NCBI GenBank assembly: GCA_029717555.1
Contig: JAMDHS010000015.1
Coordinates: 62,001 to 126,000 of the forward strand
Direction: 5' to 3'
DNA length: 64,000 nt
Source of the DNA: Peribolospora baueri
Lineage: Eukaryota
Shown: piece after piece, positions 1 to 11,866 of the stretch
Numbering within the stretch: position 1 is the first letter of the stretch
Layout: the number at the start of each line of letters is the position of its first letter
Position numbers and translations under genes: made by a program
The notes under the pieces: model-generated
What the model saw: only the letters and a program-made list of their open reading frames with translations
Told to the model about the DNA's origin: nothing
Databases searched by the model: none

Positions 1-1934
1 GCCGACTGCGCGCCTTCATGCGTGCCCTCGACAACGGTGCCACACGACCGGGACGAAGACGCGGACGCGATGCTCCCCGCCGCGATAGCAAGGCTGGCCA
101 ATACTCGTCTTGTCTTCTCCTCCCACCTAGCCGTGACCGACGCTGCACCTTTCAAAGTCTCAAAGTCGATGTTGTTGCCCATGATGTAGTTGCGGATCAG
201 AGAGGACATTTGGACATGTAACAGCGAGAGCGGTTGTGGGCGGAGAGGCGATGTGGGTGACGAAGCTGGAGTAGTGGCTTCGGCTTCGACTTCGGGGGAC
301 GACGAGCGCGTGGTGAAGACGACCTGGAAGAAGCCGACGACGCGACCGGAGCAACATTCCTGTCGGAAGCCCATTCGCTCCCAGAAGTCCGACACGGTGA
401 CTTTGTCGAGCGCTCGGCGCTCGTGGAAATATCGGTCCGTCATCATCTCCGTCTCTGCCATCGGCGAGGGGTCCGTACGCAAGCGTGTCGATGTGGGAAG
501 AGCAGAAGCATCCCCGTTCGTGGTTTTCTTCCCCGAGGTGTCGGGTCCGCCGTCCTGCTCCATTCTCCTTCGCTTTGCGTCCCTCTCGTCGGGCTCGTGT
601 GCGTCGCCATTCATATGCGCCCGCTTGACTTCAGTGTTCGGCCCCTTAGGACGAGGAGAACCTTGGCGGGCAGAAACGAGAGTGTGCTGCAAGGAATCAG
701 GCCCTTTAGTAGCCCCCAAAGGACCCACCTCGTACGCGTCCCGCACAATCTCGTCGAGGAAGCGCGCCTTGGGATCGTCCGGGAAGTGAGGGATAAGGTG
801 TGCAATTGAGGGTGGCAGAGAGTTGCGCCGAACGGGCCCGTCCGCGTTCCCTTTCGTGTTTGCGTCCGCGGTTGACCTTGACGTCGAGATGACGAGGGGG
901 AAAGGGATCTGCTCAAAAAGTTGATACGCATGGCCGTAGTACCATGGTACTTCGGGCGCTGAGATGGCATTGCAGGAGGGCGAAACGATGATCGGGTCTG
1001 GTGGCGTTCCTTGAAGCGTGGCGGAGACAGCCGAAGGAGGCAAGGGGAGGATTTCCCTGCTATCCAGAGCTGCGTAGCCCGGTATTAGATAGAAAGGGTA
1101 GATCCGCATCGCCCCGCCCCGGCCGTTCTCCCCCTTATCCGCACCGTCTCTCGTGCTAGCCATTCTCCTCGTCTGAAGGGAGATGGCTTCGCTGAGAACG
1201 GCTCTCCACCACTTGATCAAGCCAGTGTCGGTGAGGACTCTCTTGCCCGGATGGTCAGGCGAGCCGGGGAACAGATAGGCGCTCTGCGCTCGAGCGAGAA
1301 GATGGACGTGTAGAGAGTCTACAGGTGCCGAGTTATCACCAGGTGAGTGTCGAGCGCGCCAATGAGCGAAAGACGCGAACCAGTCGATGAACGCGATGGT
1401 CAATGTCTTGCTGACGCTTTCGCCCTTTCGTCGTCGTCGGGCTGACGCTGACGGTGGTGTCGGCTGCTCGGACCTGGACGTTGCGCTATGGCGGGGAATA
1501 TGTCCAGATGAGTCGATCTTGGAGATGTAAAGAAGCGCAGAGCGGGTAGAGGGCACGGTGTAGACATTTGCTTCGATGGCGAAGACGAGGACGGGCTCAA
1601 CCGCCGTGGCGTCATTAGGCGGAGCGGACGTGGAAGAAGGATGGACGGGCTGCGGGGCGTAGGAGGCTGTGACGAAGACGTCCTCGACCCATACCTGCTT
1701 GTACCTGTCCAGGTCGTCATTTGCGGTTCCCTCAGCCAAAGTCGTTGCCGCCGGAGCGGGAGAGAAGGCGTGAGAGTAGAGCGACGTGGACTGACGCGGG
1801 GTCGAGAAGAGCGTTTGCAAGGACACCGAGCCAGCGAACGGCGGCGGGCTGGCCGACAGGGCAGCTGATAGGTGAGCAACTAGCGTAGAAGAGGAGGGGA
1901 GAGCTGACGAAGAGCCGTCCATCGTCGCCGTCAT
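1..1934 (-). CDS. RTT109: Histone H3K56 acetyltransferase Rtt109 (3' end outside window)
   Basis: Minus-strand frame from ATG 1934, apparently open to the window edge. Rtt109 motifs: LLYISKIDSSG (~1500-1530), HLLARAQSAYLFPGS (~1260-1305), LIKWWRAVL, LIPHFPDDPKARFLDE (~750-797), DFWERMGFRQEC (~355-390). Confidence 0.9.
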   Translation of the reverse strand, partial: MTATMDGSSSALPSSSTLVAHLSAALSASPPPFAGSVSLQTLFSTPRQSTSLYSHAFSPAPAATTLAEGTANDDLDRYKQVWVEDVFVTASYAPQPVHPSSTSAPPNDATAVEPVLVFAIEANVYTVPSTRSALLYISKIDSSGHIPRHSATSRSEQPTPPSASARRRRKGESVSKTLTIAFIDWFASFAHWRARHSPGDNSAPVDSLHVHLLARAQSAYLFPGSPDHPGKRVLTDTGLIKWWRAVLSEAISLQTRRMASTRDGADKGENGRGGAMRIYPFYLIPGYAALDSREILPLPPSAVSATLQGTPPDPIIVSPSCNAISAPEVPWYYGHAYQLFEQIPFPLVISTSRSTADANTKGNADGPVRRNSLPPSIAHLIPHFPDDPKARFLDEIVRDAYEVGPLGATKGPDSLQHTLVSARQGSPRPKGPNTEVKRAHMNGDAHEPDERDAKRRRMEQDGGPDTSGKKTTNGDASALPTSTRLRTDPSPMAETEMMTDRYFHERRALDKVTVSDFWERMGFRQECCSGRVVGFFQVVFTTRSSSPEVEAEATTPASSPTSPLRPQPLSLLHVQMSSLIRNYIMGNNIDFETLKGAASVTARWEEKTRRVLASLAIAAGSIASASSSRSCGTVVEGTHEGAQS

Positions 1935-1986
1935 CTCGAGCGTCGCTGTTTGGAGATGGTTGCAGGTGGAGAGAGATGACGAACGA

Positions 1987-1997
1987 GCGCGACGCGT
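1987..1997. promoter_or_regulatory. MCB-like (MBF) cell-cycle element GCGCGACGCGT upstream of RTT109
   Basis: ACGCGT at 1992-1997 lies within a tandem CGCGnCGCG motif about 55 bp upstream of the RTT109 ATG, with more CGCG cores at ~2013-2027. High GC content lowers the significance. Confidence 0.45.
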
Positions 1998-2441
1998 TTA
2001 TGAAAGCCGTCGACGCGACGATCGCGACCTTCTTCCTTCCTTCACAGGCAACAGCAGTCTTATCCACTTTCATCCAGTCCAAGAACCAAGACAGTGGACC
2101 AAGACAGTGGCAAGCACTCGCACCGCTCGCCAATCCCCCTTGGGCACACTTCTCTGCGAAGACGTAGTTGAGGAGCGGCGGCTTTGGACGCCATTCGCTC
2201 GCACATTCCTTCTTCTATCTGACAATCGTGTCGGCGCGGACGAACCCGAACATATTTAAGCAGGGTGGTGGTATATGCAATTCGTCCACGCGGGCAGGGC
2301 AACCAAAAGATCGTGAGCAAGAGCACAGCTAACGGAGTTGACAGGATGGGGAGCTCAAGCTCGAGCCAATGGCAGGACGCTCCGAGAGAAAGCGGATTCC
2401 TCCGCCAAAGTCACGGCCAGCGAAGGAAGTGAGCCGACATC

Positions 2442-3914
2442 TCAGTAGACACCGATGGGCTGGTCGTCCCAGAGCGATGCGAGCACCCTGCGTTCACCTT
2501 CCCATGGGATGCGGGCGTGTTGCACGGCGTGGTTCTGCAGCGGCCAAGAGGGGAACAGGAAACCGCCGGGTGGTAGAATGCACAGTCAGCACGGCTCGAA
2601 CCCTTCACCCGTTGGGCGGGCCAAAGGAGCAAGCAAACAAACGCGATCGCTCACATCGAGCAACAGCACGTCGCCAGCCTCCCACTCGACGAGTACCCTA
2701 ATCTCCTCTTCGATCTGCAGCACGCGCTCGAAGTACTCCCTCGGGATCGCCGTCCCGTCGCCGTACGTGACGAGGAAATGGTACGCTCCGTCCGAGCCTT
2801 GGTAGGGAGGGTCGAGGGCGCCAACGAACTTTGCCTTGGCGTAGAACGAGACGAGGTTGTTGAAGAAGGTCGGGAGGGAGGTAGGGGTGTGACGACGGAT
2901 GGCTGTACATCGCGGTTGCACGGAGAGAAGAAAGGCGTCAACTACGTGTGCTCGCTACAGAAAAAAAAGCCGTGTCGACACGAGGGGCGCACGCGACTCA
3001 CCAGGCAAGTCCTGATACACCAATACAGCCCCGTCCTCTTGCCACTCCCACCTCGCACCGATCTTCCTGAATGACTTCTCTGCTCGCTCCTTCTGTGTCT
3101 GCAGGTCCTCCTCATCGTTTCTCTCCTCAATCGGGATCCATGCTTCCCTCCATGCCCTACCGACGTTGCTGCTCACGTTCTCCGCAGCAGGGTAGTGGAG
3201 CTTGTAGGTGATGCCCTTCTGGACGAGCTCGTCCACAAACTGTGGGATCTCTGTCTGGAGGCGGTGGAAGAGTTCGAGGGACGAATGAATGGGCGTCTCT
3301 CCGCCTCGAACCGCGGGCTTGAGGCAGTAGAAGAAGAGGTAGTTGGGGAAATGGGCCGAGCGACCGTATTCGTTGTGGGCGTGCACCGGGTGCGACGGAG
3401 GTCCTTCGTTCGCGGTCGCCACGTTCGGCGCCAAAATGGTGCGCACGACGTCAAGGCTACGGCGGAAGAGGGCAGGTCAGGAACAAGGCACAAGAGCGTC
3501 AGGTGTGCTGTTCCAATGAAGGACGATGACAACCGTCCTGACATACACCCACCCAATGTCCTGGTGCTCTTTGAACCCGAAAGCGTAAGCGACCTTAGAA
3601 AAGTCCAAAGCGTTCTTTACCGGCAGGCCTCGGAAGAGGACAGCACCACCGTGCTGGGTGAGCTGCTCCCTAACCCAGCCGCTCCGAGCGAGATGGGAAA
3701 TGTGTGCTAGTGTCTCGTCGAGCGTGGGTTCAGCAGCGGAGGGAGAGGGTCGGACGGCGAGGGGAAAGAGCTCGCCAGCGGTGAAGGTCGGTGCGGGGAG
3801 AGAGCGTTGGAAGGGGAGCGTCACCGGTTGGAGGGAGAGGGAGGAGGCCGGTCGTCCATTTGGCTCCTGTTCTGACTTGGGCAACGTCACTGGCGGGGCA
3901 GAGTGAGAAAGCAT
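2442..3914 (-). CDS. Fe(II)/2-oxoglutarate dioxygenase, TauD/clavaminate synthase-like family (4 exons)
   Basis: GAVLFRGLP, TANEGPP..HAHNEY (HxE iron ligands), FFYCLKPAVRGGETPI and the C-terminal WEAGDVLLLD|NHAVQHARIPWEGERRVLASLW. Three GT-AG introns at ~3550-3457, 3001-2903 and 2654-2535. Confidence 0.9.
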
Positions 3915-4784
3915 GGTGTCGAGAGTGTCAACTGGGAGAGGAGAGAGGAAAAAGAGCGGCTGTCGGCTTTGCGAATGGACGAGGTTAGGATGAGGATGAG
4001 GGGCAGTCTGGAGGATGTGAGAGAGCTTGGGCCGACTCGCTCGAGTCACCTCAGCTATATACCGACGGAAACCATCTCGCGCGGGGAGAAGCCGAACGGC
4101 ATCGACTCATAGGGCATCAAGATGGGGCTTGGAAAGAACAAAAAGTAAATCAGAACGTGCACTGACGGCCAACGACGATGAATGATGCGATCACACCATC
4201 GCCTGTCTGTCGAGCACGCAATCGGTCAACCGGCGTGAATCGCCGATCAACGAGCGCCGACTGCCGAACCGCGCACGCTTCTCGTTCGTCACGTCGTTCT
4301 ATTCAAGACAATGTAGGCAAGATGCAAGAGTCAAGGACAAGTTATCAGATGTCCGCCAGTCAGTACTTCCAGCCGCTCCGCTTGCTCCAGCCTTTGAGAG
4401 ACGAATGGCTTTTTGGGGCCGCCACGGTTACCATATTCCATCGCCGCCTTTTGCCGGTCAGCTCCGATCACCACGTGGCCTTTCCGCTGGGTGGGACAGC
4501 TCGTGCGACCTCACACCTCGCTGTCCAGTTGCTCCACCATCTTTTCTTTCCTTCTTCCCGCCCTCCCCTTCTCTTCCGGCGAGTCTTTTTCGTCGCCTTC
4601 CCGCATGCCGCTTGGCTCCGAGCGTTCTCTCGCGCAACCAGCGCCGTTTGGTTGGTGACCCCCTCGTGCTAGAGTGTAGAACTGGAATGGTGACTGGACG
4701 TCTTGCTGGCCAAGACGACTTCAAGGAAGAACGCATTGAGGCCTACCACACCGCCCACACAGGAATACGAACTCGATTGCAACC

Positions 4785-7778
4785 ATGGCTTCAGAGAAGG
4801 GTGCTGTTGCTCAGCGAGGCTTGCCCTTGACCTCGTCCAATGCAGCGTTAACGCTCACCCCCGTCCAACGACACTACATCGTCCGAGCGCTTGTTAACAT
4901 CCAGATGCAGCGCGAGTGGAGCGCCCTCTCCCGCGTCGGCGCTCTCACAGCTTACGGTCCGCCGTACTTCCCCGTGCCGGTACTGCCTGCGTCTTCACAC
5001 TCCCGATCTGAAGCCGGAAGGTCCGCTCAGTCGTCTCTTCCCCAGTACGGGGACACATCGCTCCCTTCTCCTTCTCCCGCGCCGTCATCGCCATCCTTAT
5101 CTACCTTCCCAGCCTCGAACTCAGCCTCTCTTGCCGACGGAGGAGTGCCGGACAAGACCCCCGCAGCCCTCATCCTCCGTCACCTTCACCGTCACTACCT
5201 CCTGACCTTCCCTGTCCTCCTACCCACCCTCCAACCCCCGCTCTCCCGCTTCTGGACGCACAGCATTCAGCCGGTCTTCGACGACTTCTCTTGGCGTGCA
5301 CTGAGCTCAACGAGAGAGAGGGCGGAGGTGACGAAGCGTTGTCTCGTTAGTCTTGCCTTGACGAGATATATTGGCAGCTTCGTGTGCAGGGGCGTGCGAG
5401 TGGTTGTGCGCGGGGAGAGAGGTGCGGAGAGAGCGAGCAACGGGAGGTGGGACGAGCCGGCGAGGCCGGACGAGGATATGATGGCGAGGATTGATGCGCT
5501 GTTCGACGGCAAGGATGGACAGACTTGGAGAAAAGTTGGCGACAAGGTCGACGGTGGGTCATCATTTGTTCGCTTCCTTCCGCCGCAGACAGGCTTTGAG
5601 CCCAGCCCCGTCTCAGTTGTGTGGGACCGCTTATGAGAGCGCTCGCTGAACGCCGGTCCGTCCGGACGATCTATCTTTACTCCCAGCTGTAAGGAAAGCG
5701 TGGTTAGATTTTAAAAAGGAGCTCATCGACTCTCGTGAGCAGTCCTCCTACCTTTCTTCTTTCCAGCACGCTGTTTGCGCACGTCTCTGCCTACCTATCT
5801 GATCATTACCGATCCTCAGCGACGGCATTGGACGATATCGTCGAAGCGCTCAGCATCTCCCGCCTCAAGAACCTTCCTAAGAAGTATCTGGAGGCGGAGG
5901 AGTGGGCGCGCTTGTACGTGGCCTATCTCCTTCATGCCATACTCGTCTCCGGTCCGCACGCCAAGGAGGTGTTCCGGCTCTTGAAGGGCTTCCATGGCAT
6001 GGTTCCTTACTGGACCATTAAACAGGTGCGAAAGGGCGCACATGGTGCCTCTCTTCCTCTCTATTCCAGCGAGCACATCAGTCGCATTGACGCTGCAGCG
6101 CTTGCTCTGCACAGCTTCTTCGCATCGCAAACCCAGCAATGATGATCTCTGCTCTCCTCAATTTGCTTCTCGCGAGGCCGTTTGGCGCAAATTCCCTCAT
6201 CCAGTCCATTTTCTCTTATGTCGTCGGTCAGGAGATCAAGCGGTTCCGCGAACGCGTCAGAGAGTTGAGGGGCGAAATCGGGGACGAAGAGTTGTGCGAT
6301 GAGGTGGAAGCGTGGGTTAATGGGGAAGAAGAGATGAAGGAAGCGGACAGGCAGAGGTCGAGTGAGTCCGCCCAGAGCACTTTTCTATCGCCGTTCAAGC
6401 TCGCTTACCTCTCGCTCACGGCGTGTCCCTCTGTGCTCTGTCAAATAGGGACGACGCGCACAGACCTTCTCCTCGTCATTCTATCTCGCCCTCCTTCTCC
6501 CGAATCCCTCCCACCCCTGCACGACCTCCTGCGCCACTGCTCCAGAATCCGTGACGCTTCGCAAGTCATCTCCTTCGCCTCGTCGGCGCTCGTGCCAAAG
6601 GTCATCAAGGACATGGTCAACAACGTGCTGTACGAGCCCATCAGCCTCGTGGCCAAGGTCACCGATTTAAGCGCTAGGTTGGCTGACTTGCAGGCGTTTT
6701 TGAACGACGTCATCCGGACCGTGGAGGGCGGGGGAACGTGTGAGTGCTGACGTACACTGTTCGTCTTGGGCACGTTGGAGTGCATGAGAGCAAACGAAAA
6801 TTGGCATTATTCTCTTCCCGTCCCCGTTCTTCGTGTTCACACTCCCTTCTCATCGGTCGGTCTTTGGTCGTCGCACGACACGACAGCCGTGGCGGATATG
6901 ATCCGACTGGCAGAGAGACACGAGCAATCGCTGTACTTTTTCGTCCACGAGCTCAGGACTCGGGGCGGGCCGAACCTCGTCGACGTGAGCATGGGGAGGC
7001 TTTCCGCCCTGCTCGACCATGGCGACGATGCGACTCGGTCTCCTATTGATCAGATCTTGGTTTTTGTTGTCCGCAGCCCGTCATGGACTGGTGCCGTTTG
7101 CCTCTGTCCCACATGCACGCGTCTCTGGCGGACCCGACGAGCGCAAAGCCGACCGCTTCGCCACGGATCACCGTGGACCTCTCCGTGCTCCTCGCCTCGC
7201 CCGAGCTCAGCGCGTCGGAGCGCATGTGGATCGTGTCGGAAGCGGACTCGCTGGCCGAGTGGACGCTGTGGAAGAAGATATGGTGGGAAGTGGACGTGAG
7301 GAAGAACTACTTAGAGCTGGTGGGGGAGGAGGCGCTGGCGGCGAAGGTGGATGTGGAGGCGTGTTGGAGGCGGCTTTGGGCGGAGGAGGAGGAGCGGCGC
7401 GGGGTGGAGACGACGGGGGTGAGGGAGGGAGGTGTGGAGGATGGTGAGAAGGTTTTGGGCGGAGGTGGGCGCTCAGAGGAGGGCGATGCTATGGCCTGGG
7501 CGTGGTTCGCTCAGCCGGACGTGTTGGCGGTGCTGGACGGCGAGGAGGACAGCGGAGCGGAGAGGTGTCGTTCTCGGGGCGCGGAGAAGGCCGAGAAGGA
7601 GAAACGGGGTGATGATGGCTCGAGCTCGACATTGATGACCGACGGAGCGCCGGGCCCTGGACCGCCTCGGCTGAGGACGATCGCGAGGGCCCTGGTGCCT
7701 CTGTTTGTGGAGCACATCCGCGAGCCACTGAAGAAGGGGGAGAGGAGGGTGCTGAGCAGGCTGGGTGCGGCGGAGTAG
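4785..7778 (+). CDS. PX-associated (PXB) plus DUF3818 domain protein, YPR097W/Lec1-related, multi-exon
   Basis: N-terminal LTPVQRHYIVRALV...GALTAYGPPY (PXB-like). C-terminal FRLLKGFHGMVPYWTIKQ, NPAMMISALLNLLLARPFGANSLIQSIF, DLSARLADLQAFLND and RHEQSLYFFVHE (DUF3818-like). Confidence 0.75.
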
Positions 7779-8054
7779 AGCGCGGTCGGTCGATACGGAA
7801 TCGCCTATAGAGTTAGGATGGTAGATAGGGTGGGGGCTCGACCGGTCGGAACATATCTTTGTACTCTTACGATCTTAGACGCGAGACCTTGAGGATCGTC
7901 CTCCCTTCCCCTCCCCTCCCCTTGCGTTGCTTTGCCTTACGTCGACCCCGCCCTGTCGTCGTCGTACATCCTCGCACAAAGCCGTCGGTGACGGCGCTGA
8001 TCATCTGTCGAGCGAGCTTCATCTGATCATCAAGATGCGGAGATCGCTTCCCTT

Positions 8055-8825
8055 CTATCTGTGTGTCTGTGTGTCTGTCTGTCTGTCTGCCGCAAGCCGA
8101 CCGCGCCATGAGTCCTCACACACATACATACACGCAGACAGTTAGACAGACAGATAGGCAGACAGACAGACATGCATACCGTACATAATACATACAGTGG
8201 CTCATCTGTCTGTCTAACTCGGTGTACTCGTCGGTGGATGTATACGAGCTCCGTTCCGTCTGTCCGTCTGTCCGTTCGTCCGGCGCGGCGGATGGGGATC
8301 GAGGGTCGCGTGGAAGCGCGTCGACAGACCCTTGCAGCTCGTTTTGCCGCAGCCGTGGTTTGTCGATCGGGGCTGGGTGGATGGGTCGACGTCGGACGAT
8401 GGTCGAGGGTGGGAGATGGAGATAGATGGCTTCGAGGGTGGCTTGAAGGGGGCGACGACGACGGGTGGACGGGACGGGGTTTGCCTGTCTGCGGCAATTC
8501 CCACTCCCGTCCATTCATTCATTCATTCATTCAATTGTTCGCCGTATGTCGGCTCCTTCATTCATTCATTCATTCATTCCCATTCCTCCCGCTTCCTTCG
8601 ACCACCGAACCGTCCATCCATACACTTTGTTCCTGATCCACTCCCCAGCCTGCCCTGTACGCACCACACATGCATACATACACACATACATACGCACACA
8701 CATACATGCATACATACATACTGTACTTACCCCACTCATCTGTGCCTCGCTCGGCGCTCGACTTGGCTCGTCGGACCGTCGCGTGTGGCAAGCAGCGCAT
8801 CCCCCTACATACATCCATCCATCAT
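8055..8825. repeat. Cluster of tetranucleotide microsatellites (TGTC/GACA, ATTC, CATA, ATCC) in a long intergenic region
   Basis: Visible runs at 8058-8090, 8135-8220, 8511-8580 and 8665-8720. Confidence 0.85.
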
Positions 8826-9351
8826 CCAGACCCAGACCGCACCTGCACGCGTCCACACGCGCACCCCGTCGTGCCCCAGACGTCACTGTGCGCGCAGAGG
8901 GAGACTTACGTAATCCGGACACCACTCACCCTCCTTTCTTCCTCCACCACCCCCGCTCCCTTCCCTTCTCCTTTGTGCCTTCCACCTCCTTCCTCCCTCC
9001 TCCGCCAACGCCACGACCGCCATGCCCGCTCTTCCTCCCTCCTCGCCTCAGTGATCAGCTCGCCATCCCCTCCATCCGCCTCACCCCATTTCCCTCCCTC
9101 CCCATCCCCTCCTCGTTCCGCCGTCACTCCGACGCAGCCTCCCTGCGCACGAGGCGCGACCGACCGACCCACCGTACCTGCCGCCTGCGGCACCCCGTCC
9201 TCCATCCATCCTTCTAGGCCTCCTTCCTTTTAATCACCACCACTCCCGCTCTTCCTCCTCCACCGTCACTGTCACCGTCACCATCGCCATAAGAGCATCG
9301 GCGGCCTCTCTCGTCCACTCGGACCGCACCGACGCCTCTTCCTACGCCGCC

Positions 9352-11157
9352 ATGTCCCTCCCTCCGCCCTCCGCGCTCTGCTTCTGCGGGCAGCCCGTGT
9401 CCGCATCATCCGTGGATGTCGACGGCGACGACATCAAGACCGCGTCGAAGAACGACGACAAAGAGGAAGAAGAAGAAGAAGAAGAAGAAGAAGAAGAAGA
9501 AGAAGAAGGTCGGATTTATTGCAGCCCGTCGTGCGCGCACAACGACGCGCTCATCGCCCTCACCGCCCGAGAGGTCCTCCCGCTCACCCTCCCGCTCTCG
9601 CCGTCCAAGCCCTCGTCTCCGTCCCACTCTTCCTCTTCCTCCTGCTCCGGTCCCGCCGCCCGGATCTCCTCGACGTCGTCCGACGCATCTCGCAGGCTCA
9701 CCCTGGGCTGGCACGACGCGAAAGACATGGGAGAGGAGGAGGGAGAAGAGCAGAAGGAGGAAGAGGAAGCGGACAAGGCCAGACTCGAGTTCATCGAGAT
9801 GCTCGTGGGTCGCATGAGCCATTATAGGAGGAGAATGATGGACGTGGAGAAGGAGAAGGCGGAGAGGCGCGTGGGGGAGGAGATGGAGAGGGAGGAGGAG
9901 AGGAAGAGGAGGTGGAGGAGGCAACTCGACGATGATGGCGACGACGACGACGACGGCGACGACGACGCGTCTCGGTCGCCCCCGCCGAGATCTTCAAATC
10001 CCTCCCCGCCTCACACCCCCGTCCGCCTTCCCAGCCTCACCACTCCCTCCGCCCCTCCTCCTACTCCTCTCACCTTTTCTAGCCACCGCAGGGACGGCAG
10101 CACGGACGAGACGCCTCAGACGCCTCCCTTGCGCATCGCCATGCACAAGCATGCGAACCCGACGCGGTCCTTCGCTTTTGGACCCTCGTCTCTTTCGTTG
10201 TCCTCGTCGTCGTCGCACTCTTCCTCTTCCTCCCACGGTTCCTACGTCTCCGCCTTTTCCGCCCTTTCCTCCCCGTCGACCGCCCCATCCTCCGCTGGGC
10301 CGTCGACGCCCTCGGGATGTTGTGACTGGGAGGGCCCCCACCGCGCCTGTCATCCCCATTTTCATCCCCATCGCGCCGGGTACGTGTCGCCTCGCTCGCC
10401 TCTGCGCTTCTGTGACAAGCATGACAAGGACGAGGAGGAGGACGAGGAGGAGGAAGAAGGGGAGAACGGGCCGGTGGGCTGCAGGCGCTTGTACCTGCCA
10501 CCTCCCCCTCTTGCGCCTTGGTTCTTCCGCGACTCGATCGAGGTGAACCACTTTGAGTTTGAGGATCAGCTTCTCGGTCTCGACGCCGGTTGCATGGGGC
10601 AGCGGAGGGAGGAGGAGGAAGAGGAGCAGACGCACATGCCTGAACGTGTCTCCTCCGCTATGGGCCTCTTCTTCCCCACCCCTCCGCCAAGGAAGGAGGA
10701 GATGTCTTCGTCGCAAAAGGCCAAGATGTCCGAGAAAGAGAAGAAGATTCGAAGGAAGGACGCCGCTTTCCCCTCCCCCTCTCCTCTCCGTCTCCAGCTG
10801 CCCCCCATATCCGCCGCCGCTATGGAGTCCATGTCGATGCCATCCGCCTCGCCCATCGGCTCCGACGAGACCCTCACCGCACGCTCCAGTCCCAGCCCCT
10901 CCTTGTCGACGACGCCTAGGATGGCGACGCCCGTCTGTCGCTCCAGCCCTACCCCCGTCCAGCCCGGGCCTAGGCCCAGGCCGAACGCGCAGACCATCCG
11001 TGAGCGCAGGCTCCTCCGTCGTGGGAGTAGCATCTTTGAGCTACAGGCCAAGCTCCGACTTCACCGTATCGGCGGTGGTGTGGTGGAGGGAGTGGAGGAG
11101 AGCGAGGACGACGGCGATGGCACCGACTCTGAACTCGAATTCGAGCTCAAATTCTAA
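9352..11157 (+). CDS. 601-aa low-complexity (S/P/E-rich) protein with an N-terminal Cys4 motif (CFCG...IYCSPSCAHND)
   Basis: Long uninterrupted ORF with strong Kozak context (GCCGCCATG) and C/G-ending codon bias. The CxC...YCSxxC motif resembles Ecl1/FCS-type zinc fingers. Confidence 0.7.
   Translation: MSLPPPSALCFCGQPVSASSVDVDGDDIKTASKNDDKEEEEEEEEEEEEEEEGRIYCSPSCAHNDALIALTAREVLPLTLPLSPSKPSSPSHSSSSSCSGPAARISSTSSDASRRLTLGWHDAKDMGEEEGEEQKEEEEADKARLEFIEMLVGRMSHYRRRMMDVEKEKAERRVGEEMEREEERKRRWRRQLDDDGDDDDDGDDDASRSPPPRSSNPSPPHTPVRLPSLTTPSAPPPTPLTFSSHRRDGSTDETPQTPPLRIAMHKHANPTRSFAFGPSSLSLSSSSSHSSSSSHGSYVSAFSALSSPSTAPSSAGPSTPSGCCDWEGPHRACHPHFHPHRAGYVSPRSPLRFCDKHDKDEEEDEEEEEGENGPVGCRRLYLPPPPLAPWFFRDSIEVNHFEFEDQLLGLDAGCMGQRREEEEEEQTHMPERVSSAMGLFFPTPPPRKEEMSSSQKAKMSEKEKKIRRKDAAFPSPSPLRLQLPPISAAAMESMSMPSASPIGSDETLTARSSPSPSLSTTPRMATPVCRSSPTPVQPGPRPRPNAQTIRERRLLRRGSSIFELQAKLRLHRIGGGVVEGVEESEDDGDGTDSELEFELKF
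9466..9507 (+). repeat. (GAA)14 coding microsatellite (poly-Glu)
   Basis: Pure GAA run encoding 14 of the 15 consecutive Glu residues. Confidence 0.95.
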
Positions 11158-11866
11158 CCCCGCTCTCCACTTGGCGCACCACCCCATCGTGTTTCCCTCG
11201 CCTCTTCGGCTCCTTTTCGTCGATATCCCATTCTCTCACATCCTGGACTTTGCCACCTGTTTTTCTTCCCCGACCCGCTGCCGCTCTTCCTCTTTGCACT
11301 CGATTGGCCTCTCTCATCGCACCACCTCCCGCTGTTCCACTCATTCAGCTCATCCCTTCCGCACGCACGCCAGCACACACTCGTTTCCCCTCGCACAATG
11401 CACGCTCCTTTCATGCTCTCATCTCAGCTCACCATCCGTCTTCCGTTCGCTCCGGAACGCCCCCCCCTTTGTATTCTACCTCGATCTTCACTGTATCTTT
11501 CCGGCCCCGTCGTTTCGCCTTGTCTCATTCGTCTCGGCTCGTCTCGGCTCGTCTCATCACGAACCCGTCTTTCAAAAAGCAATGCCATCCATCCCGTCTC
11601 GTCTCGTTTCATCCTCCCCGCTTCGTCCCTCGCCCGCCCGCCTTAGTTAGTGCCGGCCAGGGCTGTCATTGTCATTGGCCGTGCGAGTGGCTCCGAGGCC
11701 GTCCGATGGGCGATGGAAAAAAAATAACGGTGCAATCCAATGTTGTATCACGCCGCCGCTGCCTGGCTCGCGACCGACACACACGTCCTCGTAGGGTGCA
11801 GCAGCAGCAGCAAAGGACCAAAAAGAGTTACCTCACCGCCTCCTCCAATCTCTAAGCCACTACCCG

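Noticed and set aside
8030..9233. Many overlapping ORFs of 100-250 aa
   Set aside because: They are translations of microsatellite and pyrimidine-rich non-coding DNA.
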